DNA of 64,000 nucleotides from an uncultured Candidatus Poseidoniales archaeon (GTDB taxonomy: Archaea; Thermoplasmatota; Poseidoniia; Poseidoniales; Thalassarchaeaceae). The stretch covers positions 22,818 to 86,817 of the forward strand of contig CAXGWC010000002.1 in the NCBI GenBank assembly GCA_964013425.1. Direction: 5' to 3'. Position 1 is the first letter of the stretch, and every line of letters begins with the position of its first letter. A program made the position numbers and the translations under genes. Below, piece by piece: positions 1 through 9,400 of the stretch. The notes beneath the pieces were generated by a model that searched no databases, had not been told where the DNA came from, and saw only the letters and a list, made by a program, of their open reading frames with translations.

Positions 1-1
1 T

Positions 2-298
2 TGCGGGCGCCACTACAATGAAATCCTGACTGAGGATGGAATCGGCTTCCCACTCGTGCACAGCGAGGCCCAGTTTTACCATCCACTTTCATACGGAGAT
101 ACGGTAAAATGCAAGATTTCAGTTATTGACATAGGCTCATCATCCATAACATGGGCATACGAGTTCAGAAACCAGGAGGATACGGTTTGCTGGACTTCCA
201 AACAGGTAACAGTCTGTGTTAGAATGAAGGAGATAAAGAGCAAAATTCCAGTGCCTGAATGGATGCGTGAAGGGCTTTCAAAGCTAATGGATGAATAA
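2..298 (+). CDS. Acyl-CoA thioesterase (4HBT/YbgC hot-dog fold), 5'-partial
   Basis: Frame is open from the window edge (CGRHYNEILTEDGIGFPLVHSEAQFYHPLSYGD...). GFPLVHSEAQF-x-PL-x-YGD and a C-terminal PVPEW resemble 4HBT-family thioesterases. Confidence 0.75.
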   Translation, partial: CGRHYNEILTEDGIGFPLVHSEAQFYHPLSYGDTVKCKISVIDIGSSSITWAYEFRNQEDTVCWTSKQVTVCVRMKEIKSKIPVPEWMREGLSKLMDE

Positions 299-691
299 TC
301 ACTCGTCTTCTCTTGGCCATTTCTTAGTGAGTGCCTTCCTCAGGTCGTCATTCATCTTGGCATCCCACCAGTTAGCATTCCTCCAGATGGCATATCTGCC
401 CCTGATTCCACGTAAATCGGCTCCATCGAGTTTAGATCCTTGGAAATTAGACAGGTTCATCTTTGCTTTGAGGAACACAGCATCGCGCATGTCGGCTTCA
501 TCAAAGGCTGCCTTCATGAGATTAGCTCCCTTGAATGACGCTTTTCTCATATCGGCTCCAGATAGGTCAGCCCCTTCCAAATCTGCCCTATCGAAGACCG
601 CTCTCCTGAGATCAGCACCAGAAAGATCCACACCACGCAGGTCCTTGCCAATGTGAGAAGTGTATGACCAATCTTTTGGATCTTCAGCCAT
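299..691 (-). CDS. Pentapeptide repeat protein
   Basis: Tandem A(D/N)LXX repeats (KDLRG VDLSG ADLRR AVFDR ADLEG ADLSG ADMRK ASFKG ANLMK...). ATG at 691 follows a GGTGAG SD; the ORF track start is 703. Confidence 0.9.
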   Translation of the reverse strand: MAEDPKDWSYTSHIGKDLRGVDLSGADLRRAVFDRADLEGADLSGADMRKASFKGANLMKAAFDEADMRDAVFLKAKMNLSNFQGSKLDGADLRGIRGRYAIWRNANWWDAKMNDDLRKALTKKWPREDE

Positions 692-692
692 A

Positions 693-1250
693 CTACTCAC
701 CAATTGACAAGTCCTCTAGATAATCAAGACCAGCTTCAGTCAGGATTACGAAACGATTCTTCTCGGGAGCCCCAGAAGGAAAACTAAGCAGGGGCCCACG
801 ACCTCTCCCAGCGGTTCCCCCCTCTATCATTCTGTTAATGTAAAGGGAGAGATTCCACTTCTCCACTTCCTCCTCTGTCCATCTTCCAGTCTGAGAAATC
901 AAACGACGAATTTCTCGTGGTGGGGTATTGGCCTCCCTTTCTACAGACCTAAGGTAGTGAATCGAGGCCAGGATAATATCACCTGTCTTGTCAATCCCAC
1001 AGGTATTCAGGAGGTGACCGAAGGAAGTACCCCTTTCAGGTATTTTAGCCTCCAGGGCAGATCTCGTTGCGTTTTCAATGGCCGAATCTCTCGATTTTCT
1101 AATCTTTGATAGTGCTGACTGCCAGGTATCCGTCTTCAATATCCTGGTCAAAGAGGCCTCTACCTCGGAATCACTGCCTGTTAGATCAATTTCTTCAGAC
1201 CCTACTCTGATGAAGACACGTCCAATCGGACCCGAAACTTCTTCGCTCAC
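693..1250 (-). CDS. Hypothetical protein, probable C-terminal winged helix
   Basis: 185-aa ORF. The C-terminal pattern TPPREIRRL...NLSLYINRMIE...FVILTEAGLDYLE is wHTH-like. It abuts the pentapeptide gene. Confidence 0.6.
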   Translation of the reverse strand: MSEEVSGPIGRVFIRVGSEEIDLTGSDSEVEASLTRILKTDTWQSALSKIRKSRDSAIENATRSALEAKIPERGTSFGHLLNTCGIDKTGDIILASIHYLRSVEREANTPPREIRRLISQTGRWTEEEVEKWNLSLYINRMIEGGTAGRGRGPLLSFPSGAPEKNRFVILTEAGLDYLEDLSIGE

Positions 1251-1379
1251 GTCCTACCCTACAAAGGGACTTATATGAAGTTATTATTTCTACAAATTCC
1301 TTAACAATGGCGTCCAGTAGATAATATCTGTGTAACCTATGAACGAGATATTGAAATGTACGTAGCTCGAGCGACAATC

Positions 1380-2147
1380 ATGGCAGAGGAGAGCAATGCT
1401 GCTTACCCACTAGTTTTGCATTCAGAGGCAGACCCCTCAAGCCTAGGTGGAATTGCCGTATGTGGGTTTTCAACTGTTGGCTCAGTGGGCGTAATTGCAG
1501 CTACCCATCTAATCAGATCACTGAAGCTCTCTCCCATGGGCACAGTGATGCATCCAAAATTCCCTGCGATAGCACTCATTCATGACTCGGTACCGAAGCA
1601 TCCCGTCAGGGTATATCAGGGAGATGGAGTCGGAGTCTTTACTGCCGAAATCCAATTCCCTCCTGAGAACGATGCGTACTTCGGTGAGACAGTACTGGAG
1701 TGGTTCACCAAAGGAGGCTTCGAAACACTATACGTGGTAGATGGAGTGATAAGCAACGATCTAGGGATAAAGGAGGATAGCGATCTGTGGGGAGTCTCAT
1801 CTAAACCCAGCGGGCGTGATAGTTTGGACAATGCAGGCATCAAGAGAATCCAAAATGGAATAGTTTCGGGAATCGCCGGGTATCTAATTGCTGAGGGAGA
1901 GAGGAGGGGGCTGGATATCACTGCCCTCCTCGCAGAGTGTAACCCAATGTACCCGGACGCAAGAGCCGCTTTGATCGCCATAGATGGCCTAAGCGAGCTA
2001 ATGGATCTAGAAATTCCTGTTCAGGACCTTCTGGAGGATGCCAAAAACATTGAGGAGAAGGTCAGGGAGGCCTTTGAGAGAGCACGGTCAACAGCTCTTC
2101 CCGCACCAGATCCCGACGATGAAGAAGACGACCCTATGATTCTGTAA
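1380..2147 (+). CDS. PAC2-family proteasome assembly chaperone-like protein
   Basis: GFSTVGSVGVIAATHLI, PVRVY and YPDARAA motifs, GxVSGIAGYL, acidic tail. Confidence 0.85.
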   Translation: MAEESNAAYPLVLHSEADPSSLGGIAVCGFSTVGSVGVIAATHLIRSLKLSPMGTVMHPKFPAIALIHDSVPKHPVRVYQGDGVGVFTAEIQFPPENDAYFGETVLEWFTKGGFETLYVVDGVISNDLGIKEDSDLWGVSSKPSGRDSLDNAGIKRIQNGIVSGIAGYLIAEGERRGLDITALLAECNPMYPDARAALIAIDGLSELMDLEIPVQDLLEDAKNIEEKVREAFERARSTALPAPDPDDEEDDPMIL

Positions 2148-2720
2148 TCAGTAAAAGGGATTCTCTCCTGCCTCGTGATCTGTGGCATCAATTACTTCTG
2201 TTATCGACGGAACGTTGTCTTTGATCATGGTCTCAACTCCCTGCTTTAGAGTCACATCAGCCATTCCACATCCTTGGCAACCCCCCCCGAATACTATCAC
2301 AGCCTTTCCATCTTCTACTCCCATCAACTCAACATGCCCACCATGAGAGGCCACTGCGGGATTCACTTCGCTCTCGATAATCTCAGCAACAGCTTTTGAG
2401 ATATCATCCATCCACAGGGGATTGGGGTTCTCGAAGCTGAATCCGCCTCCCATCAGTGTCTCTTGGTAGTCAAGAGTCGTCCCATCGATGTACTTCGCAC
2501 TCTTTGGATCTATGAAAACACACATTCCATCAACATCTATCTCAATATCTCCATCTCTGGAATCCTTTCTCTCGATGAACTGCAAGTCATACTCAAAGCC
2601 GTTTCTACCCCTTCCAGTAATCTCAACCCTCAGGCAGACCTCGTCAATCTCTTCAGCGGCCTCAGCAAACTGGTCTAGCATTTCCTTAGCCTTAGAACTG
2701 AAACTCAGCATGCTTCTCAT
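2148..2720 (-). CDS. nfuA: Fe/S biogenesis protein NfuA (degenerate A-type carrier domain + NifU-C domain)
   Basis: LRVEITGRG...LDYQETLMGGGFSFENPN followed by EVNPAVASHGGHVEL...FGGGCQGCGMADVTLKQGVE...DATDHEAGENPFY. Confidence 0.9.
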   Translation of the reverse strand: MRSMLSFSSKAKEMLDQFAEAAEEIDEVCLRVEITGRGRNGFEYDLQFIERKDSRDGDIEIDVDGMCVFIDPKSAKYIDGTTLDYQETLMGGGFSFENPNPLWMDDISKAVAEIIESEVNPAVASHGGHVELMGVEDGKAVIVFGGGCQGCGMADVTLKQGVETMIKDNVPSITEVIDATDHEAGENPFY

Positions 2721-2792
2721 GCCTCGTAGCATTAGGTCATTCTTCAAGGCTTGCTCAGGTACCACTATCACCGAGGCACCTCTGCATGGACT

Positions 2793-3794
2793 GTGAGCGA
2801 GCCCGGAATCTTCGATACTTTAGGGAGACCGATGCGGGATCTCAGGATTTCAGTGACCGACAGGTGTAACTTCAGATGCACATATTGCATGCCTAAGGAG
2901 ATATTTGGGAAGGAATTCCCATTCATGCCCAAAGACAGCATAATGACATTCGAGGAGATAGACAGAATCGCAGGGATTTTCATTTCTCTAGGGGTGAAGA
3001 AGATCAGACTCACGGGAGGAGAGCCACTTTTGCGGAGAAATCTCCATGATTTGGTATCTATGCTCTCCATGAGGGACGCAGAGATAGCGATGACGACCAA
3101 CGGGGTCCTACTTCCCAGATACGCACCAGCTCTCTCAGCGGCAGGCCTCGATAGGGTTACTGTGAGCCTGGACGCCATCGACGAAGCAACGTTCGCCGCT
3201 ATAACAGATTCAGGCCACACGGTTGCTTCAGTGATCGCTGGTATTGAGGCAGCAGAATCAGTGGGCCTAGGCCCTGTGAAAATCAATACAGTTGTCAAGA
3301 GAAATTCAAACGAGAATGAAATCCTAGATATCATTGAGAGATTTTCTAGTAGGGACATTGCTGTCCGGTTCATCGAGTACATGGATGTAGGTACGACCAA
3401 CGGATGGAATTTGGATGATGTTGTTAGCGCTTCTGAGATACGAGATATGATTGGAGACATTGAGAGAATCATACCCGAAAATAATAGCGATGTGGCCAAG
3501 AGGTACAAGCTACCCAACGGTGGCGAAGTAGGAATCATCTCCAGTGTCACTGAACCGTTCTGTGGTGACTGTACCAGAGCTAGGATTTCTTCAGATGGGA
3601 GGCTCTTCACATGTCTTTTTTCGAATAACGGGCTTGATCTCCTCTCACCAATCAGAGCTGGACATACCGACTCCCACATCACGGACCTAATTCGTGAACA
3701 TTGGAATAAGAGGCAGGACAGATACTCCGAGGAACGCTCACTGAACAGCTCCAAGACATCTGAAAGAGTGGAAATGTCCTATATTGGTGGCTGA
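2793..3794 (+). CDS. moaA: GTP 3',8-cyclase MoaA (radical SAM)
   Basis: LRISVTDRCNFRCTYCMP, RLTGGEPLLR, RFIEYM, FCGDCTRARISSDGRLFTC and C-terminal MSYIGG. Probable GTG start at 2793. Confidence 0.95.
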   Translation: MSEPGIFDTLGRPMRDLRISVTDRCNFRCTYCMPKEIFGKEFPFMPKDSIMTFEEIDRIAGIFISLGVKKIRLTGGEPLLRRNLHDLVSMLSMRDAEIAMTTNGVLLPRYAPALSAAGLDRVTVSLDAIDEATFAAITDSGHTVASVIAGIEAAESVGLGPVKINTVVKRNSNENEILDIIERFSSRDIAVRFIEYMDVGTTNGWNLDDVVSASEIRDMIGDIERIIPENNSDVAKRYKLPNGGEVGIISSVTEPFCGDCTRARISSDGRLFTCLFSNNGLDLLSPIRAGHTDSHITDLIREHWNKRQDRYSEERSLNSSKTSERVEMSYIGG

Positions 3795-5110
3795 AGACTC
3801 AAGGCCACTTCAACGATATCATCCCAACTCGCCCCTGTCCTAAATGATGGCTTTCCGTAATGAGTCAACGAGGCATTGCAACCCATCTCGTTCAGTTTCT
3901 TTACCATCATAGTGGGACTTGGTGGAGAGCCAATACCCAGCCAGCTTGATAGGTCATCAACGAGAATATGGTGCGCTGAGCCAATTACAGCTCCCTCCTG
4001 CTCTATATTTCTGACCGACCTGACAACTCTCCTCCTCTCCATCTCGAAGTCCCTCTCAGACCACCCAGCCAAATCCCCATCTGCAAACTCCGGGGCACAC
4101 AGCCTCATAGCCTTCTCTTCTGTCATAGAACACATTGCACTCTGATCGCCAATACTTCCAATCCAGAGAGGTCCGGATATCCGGGGGTCCTTTCTTTCCA
4201 CAGGATTGGATAGTGGAAGGAGACAAGTCATTGGCAGGCTATCCAAAGAACAGTTCGGATGCAATCCTGCCTCTACTGAAGCCAAAACCTCTTCATAAGA
4301 AGGCGAATGAACTCTCCACCCGATCTCATCCTCGAAAATATTAGCACCACTCCTGCTCTTTCGTACTCTTGCTGAGACTCTTAGGTGGTGCGAGTCCCAT
4401 ATGGATAGTAACGGCTCTACACAGCGATCATGTCTAGCTGCAGTACTTGCAAGGTTAGCCAGCATCACCCTAAGTGCAGAGTCGTGAGCGAGACCATCGG
4501 TTCTTACTCTAGCACCATATCTCCTCAGCATCGCTCCGCGGGATGAGCCAGTCAGAGCAGCAGTGTCGGTTGCGCTGACTTCTATCACCCCACTTCTTGC
4601 TAGAGACTGAACTGCCGTGTCAAGAAAAGGTAATGGAGATCCAAAGGGATCTATATCCACCCAATGTCTTCCATGAGAAAGAACCAGCTTTCGAAGGTCA
4701 CCAACGCAGCTCGAGAGCTGTCCCTTTCCGTGGAGAGGGGGGAAATCTCGATGATTGCCGATTGCCCAATCAATAGCCTCTCCGTCTAAATCAGAGATAG
4801 TGACATCTAGTCTCTTAGCATTGTCCTCAGAGATTTCATTCAGCCATCTCCTTGCCCGTATACCTCCTGCAGCCAGTCCGTCCAAGGCATATACCGTCCC
4901 TTCTCCTAGAATCCCGCTTTCTATCGCATGATCAAACAGAAGAACGCTTCTCGTCCTACTTCCAGACATGGCTGGATTCAAGAATACACCTCCGCCCCTT
5001 CTGGAAACAGGACCTGTCATCTGTGAATTAGGCCTCTCGGATACCCTGACTAATGTACGCCCTTCTCTGTGAATTACACCGGGCCACCCTTTCGGTTCCT
5101 CCCAGTCCAT
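3779..5110 (-). CDS. trm1: tRNA (guanine26-N2)-dimethyltransferase Trm1
   Basis: VFLNPAM...R..SVL, DGLAAGGIRARR, VDIDPFGSPLPFLD, VSATDTAALTG and GPLWIG motifs. Confidence 0.88.
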   Translation of the reverse strand: MDWEEPKGWPGVIHREGRTLVRVSERPNSQMTGPVSRRGGGVFLNPAMSGSRTRSVLLFDHAIESGILGEGTVYALDGLAAGGIRARRWLNEISEDNAKRLDVTISDLDGEAIDWAIGNHRDFPPLHGKGQLSSCVGDLRKLVLSHGRHWVDIDPFGSPLPFLDTAVQSLARSGVIEVSATDTAALTGSSRGAMLRRYGARVRTDGLAHDSALRVMLANLASTAARHDRCVEPLLSIWDSHHLRVSARVRKSRSGANIFEDEIGWRVHSPSYEEVLASVEAGLHPNCSLDSLPMTCLLPLSNPVERKDPRISGPLWIGSIGDQSAMCSMTEEKAMRLCAPEFADGDLAGWSERDFEMERRRVVRSVRNIEQEGAVIGSAHHILVDDLSSWLGIGSPPSPTMMVKKLNEMGCNASLTHYGKPSFRTGASWDDIVEVALSLQPPI

Positions 5111-5157
5111 GGTGACCGGAAGTGCCCACGGCACAAGGTATTGACTATGATGCTCAA

Positions 5158-6294
5158 TCAATAACTATCGAACCTTACAGCAGGATCACTATGGGTGACG
5201 ATTCGTCCATTGTCAGTAACTGAACCTACTATACTGGCTCCTGGTAGCCTTTCTGAAATCCATTCCAATACGGAATCAGAACGGCCCTTGGACACTGCAA
5301 TAACCATTCCCATACCCATGTTGAAAGTTCTGTGCATCTCCTTGGAATCGACGGACCCACTTTTGGCAAGCCACTCGAACTCGGGATGAGGAGGGAGCGG
5401 ATTTTCAATATGCCACCCCAAGATATCATGAAGCCGAAGAAGATTGGAAAGGCCACCCCCAGTAATATGTGCTATTGCCTTGATATCAGATAAGTCGCAA
5501 GGACCACTCCCTAGCCTGCACTCTAGAATTAAATCAACCACAGGATCAACATAGATTCTAGTTGGATTCAATAAAACCTCCCCAAGACTAATTTCTCCTT
5601 CCGAATCTGGAAAGCGCTCTATCTCTCTTCCCGGGTGAGATGTATCAAAAGGAGCATCCTCAATAAGAGAATGCCCACTCCTCTCGACAATCGCTCTGAC
5701 TAGGGTGTAACCGTTTGAATGAATACCACTACTTGGCAAACCGATTAGAATGTCTCCACACTCTAGACGCTCTCCCGTAATTGCCTCTCCCTTGGGAAAC
5801 CACCCCAAAGCAGTACCTGACATGTCCAGCTCTCTCACAATTCCAGGAAGGGTCGCCGTCTCACCTCCTGCCAGTGTAACTCTAGATCTGGAGCAACCCT
5901 CTGAAAGAGACTCTCCCAATATCGAATGGACCGAGCTATCAGTCTTCGGCGTTGCAATATAGTCGACAAAGGCCACAGGCTCTGCACCTACACATATCAA
6001 ATCATTCACATTCATGGCTATACAATCTATACCGACTCCCTCTAACCTACCCAAGTGATTTGCAATTTGCAATTTTGAACCAACTCCGTCGGTAGCCAAG
6101 GCCAATCTATAGTCCCCAAACTCAATTATTCCTCCAAACCCCCCAGGTAGAGGAACTGGAGCTCCGATTTCCCCTTTCTTCCTCACAGAATTGGCAAGTG
6201 ATCCAATCAGACTTGAGACCGCCTGGGCCTCTAAATCTATGTCTACCCCACTACTTGCATAGTCCATCGGCGCACCACTCATATCTCTTCGCAC
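5158..6294 (-). CDS. purM: Phosphoribosylformylglycinamidine cyclo-ligase (AIR synthetase)
   Basis: YASSGVDI, TDGVGSK, CIAMNVND, GGETA, SSGIHSNGYTL, AHITGGG and TFNMGMG motifs. Confidence 0.95.
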   Translation of the reverse strand: MRRDMSGAPMDYASSGVDIDLEAQAVSSLIGSLANSVRKKGEIGAPVPLPGGFGGIIEFGDYRLALATDGVGSKLQIANHLGRLEGVGIDCIAMNVNDLICVGAEPVAFVDYIATPKTDSSVHSILGESLSEGCSRSRVTLAGGETATLPGIVRELDMSGTALGWFPKGEAITGERLECGDILIGLPSSGIHSNGYTLVRAIVERSGHSLIEDAPFDTSHPGREIERFPDSEGEISLGEVLLNPTRIYVDPVVDLILECRLGSGPCDLSDIKAIAHITGGGLSNLLRLHDILGWHIENPLPPHPEFEWLAKSGSVDSKEMHRTFNMGMGMVIAVSKGRSDSVLEWISERLPGASIVGSVTDNGRIVTHSDPAVRFDSY

Positions 6295-6339
6295 GAGTTA
6301 CCGCTCATGATACTCTCGCTTCCCGTACTCTGAGATTTG

Positions 6340-6457
6340 GTAGAAAAAAAATAAGATTAAGAGCCGTTTTTCTAAAAAACGCCCTTTTTCGACTTTTTTT
6401 TGAGAATCTCTATAACATATATACGTCGTCGTGCGGGCACTGGAACGTGAGTTTCTA
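6340..6457. promoter_or_regulatory. AT-rich divergent promoter region (purM / substrate-binding protein) with A/T tracts, a palindrome and a TATA-like box
   Basis: Runs of A and T, inverted repeat CGTTTTT-CTA-AAAAACG at 6365-6381, and CATATATA at 6416-6423. Confidence 0.55.
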
Positions 6458-9400
6458 ATGAAGAACAACAAGATGATTGCAATGATGCTTACCATGAGCA
6501 TGCTGGCGGCAGCTTTCGCCGGATGCCTTGGTGGGGATGATGAAGACGACACACCTGACTGGTCCATTTCGATGGCTAGTGACGTTAGTGCCGACTTCGT
6601 GGAGTCCGCATGGGACCCCATCATTCCCAACCTGAATGCCGGCGATATGTGCGACGCTATCATATCGGCGATGACGAAGACTGACGAGCGAGAGCAAGTT
6701 GTCGACTTCACCAGGGCCTACTACACAAGTAGCCAGGGTGTAATCGGCGGATCTGGCGCCGCTTCCATCAGTGCCGTCGCAGACCTGAACGCAGAAGGAA
6801 CCACCATAGGCGTACAATCGGGGACCACCTCGGATCTGTATGCTCAGAACAACCTAGGTGCAGCTACGATCAGTGCTTACGACGACTTCCCTTCGGTAAT
6901 CGCCGCTTTGAACAATGGCGATGTACACTATGCAATGGGTGACGCCCCAGTTCTGTCCCTGGAAGGTACCTTGATGGTCACCTTCTCGGATGAGAACTTC
7001 GGTATGGCTGTGCAGGGGGATTCCTCTGGAGAGCTACTTGGCGCTCTGAACATGGCAATTGGTGCCTTGGTCGACTCAGGTGAGTACGACCTGATCTATG
7101 GTGCCAGTTTCGATGGCGCAGTAACACTAGCCGATGACACCACAATGGATACAGCTACTTCCTACCCAGTACCAACTGAGGGAAGCGACCTGACCGCAGT
7201 TCTGGAGTCCGGAAGCCTAAGGCTTTGCACAGACCCGTTCTACCCTCCATTCGAGAGCTATGCTGACGATGGATCAGTAGTCGGATTCGATGCTGACATC
7301 GCTCATGCCGTAGCAGACGAGATAGCTGCTCACTACATGGGGGCAGCAAACCCAATGTTCGTTCCACCTGTCGTGGAAGAGCCAGCCGTGACAATCAAGC
7401 TAGGATTCTTGAATGACGCAACAGGGCCAATCGCTCAGTTCGCCGCTCCATTCACCTTTGCTTGGGGAGCCGCAATGGATGATCTAAACGCAATGGGAGA
7501 CGACTACGTCTTCGAGGTAATCGAGGCAGACTCCGGATGCGATGGCCAGATGGCCGGTACAGCAGCTCAGTCCCTCGTGGACGCTGGAGTTGTCGCAGTG
7601 GCTGGAGCCGCTTGCTCCGGAGCATCAATGGGTGCTAACGCAGTCCTTTCGGCTGCTGGAATCCCCATGATATCCTACGCCAGCACATCCCCAGCTCTGA
7701 GCGACGCAACCGCGTACCCTCACTTCTACAGGATCGTTCCAAGCGACGCTCTGCAAGGACAGGCAGCAGCTGACATGATCATGGCAAGCGGGGTTTCCAA
7801 CACCGCTGTCGTGCACATGACCAACGCTTACGGTGCAGGTCTAGCAGACGCAGTAGCGCTCAACCTGGGCGAGGACAACGTCTGCCTGCAGGCAGGATAC
7901 GAGGAGACAGCAACCGATTTCCAGGGCGCCGTTCAGGCAGTCATGGACGCAGGCTGTGACTCGGTCTTCCTAGGGTCCTACTCCGCTGACGGAGCCACGA
8001 TAGTCGAGACCATGGCAGTCATGGGTGCAACAATACCGATTTTCAGCGCTGACGGAATGGCCGGAGAGGCTGCTCTAGCAGACTACACCAACCCAGCAGC
8101 CGCAAACGGAATCGAGGTAACAAGGCCCAGAGCCGCAGCAGCAGGCGCTGGAGTTTTCGCAGCCGCATGTGCTGACGACCCTGTCTGCTCCACTGGAATC
8201 TTCACTTCTGAGGCGTACGATGCAGTAATGATGATCGGTCACGCAGCAATGATGGAGGACGGAGAGAACATGGGTACGCATGTACCCATGGTAGGCGACG
8301 CATATGCTGGAGACAGCGGTACTCACACCTTCTTGGACAACGGAGACGTTGGAGGATCAGGCTACGATGTCTGTACCTTCGCTCACGTACCAACCTTTGG
8401 AGAGTACTTCAACTGCGACAGGATGTGGGAAGCCGGAGGAGCCGGAGTAACTGCAGCACCATTCATGGGAGCTACAATCAAGATCGGATTCCTGAACGAC
8501 GCCACTGGGCCTATCGCCGTGTATGCAAACGGATTCGTTGCGGCATCACAGATCGCTCTAGGTCTAGCCAACACAATCGGATACAGTAACAATGTCCAGT
8601 TCGAGATAGTCTACGCAGACTCTGGTTGCGACAGCACCATGGGTGGCGCAGCCGCCCAGACACTGGTAGACGCTGGAGTATGGGGAGTCGTTGGAGCAGC
8701 CTGCTCCGGCGCATCCATGGGAGCCAACGCGGTGCTATCCGCAGCTGGAATCCCACAGGTATCCTATGCCAGCACAAGCCCAGCACTGTCTGATGCTACT
8801 GCATACCCATCCTTCTACCGCGTCGTACCAAGCGATGCGTTCCAGGGATCGGTAGTTGCAGAAGTAATGACAGCTGATGCACAGGACAACGTCGCAGTCA
8901 TTCACATGACCAACGCGTACGGATCAGGACTAGCAGACGCCTTTGTCGCCAACATGGACTCGGCAAGCATTTGCACACAAATTGGATACGAGGAGACAGC
9001 TACTGACTTCTCCACAATCGTGAGCACGGTCGTCAATGACGGATGTACCTCAGTAATGATGGTCTCATACGCCGCTGATGGAGCTATGCTAATCGAGGAG
9101 ATGTCTCTACAGGGATTCACCGGAGCCATCTATGGCGCTGATGGAATTGCCGAGGTAGGACTAGCAGCCGATATGGCTGACAAGTCCTTGGTCGATGGCG
9201 TAATCGCCACAAAGCCTGCAGCCGCAGGCGGAATGACCACTGTAGGCATGGTCTTTGCCGCACAGTGCATGGCAAACCCCGACTGTGCTGGAGGAATCTA
9301 CACTGCAGAGGCGTTCGACGCTGTCTACATCGTGGCTTTCGCCGCCTTCACAGCCCTAGCCACCCCTGGCATCACGCCAGACATGGCAATCGCTGGGACT

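Noticed and set aside
291..656. 121-aa plus-strand ORF with a repetitive look
   Set aside because: Antisense reflection of the pentapeptide repeats.
2768..3754. 328-aa minus-strand ORF
   Set aside because: Antisense shadow of moaA; Ser/Ile-rich with no motifs.
6298..6711. 137-aa minus-strand ORF
   Set aside because: Overlaps the SBP start and the AT-rich promoter; no protein-like features.
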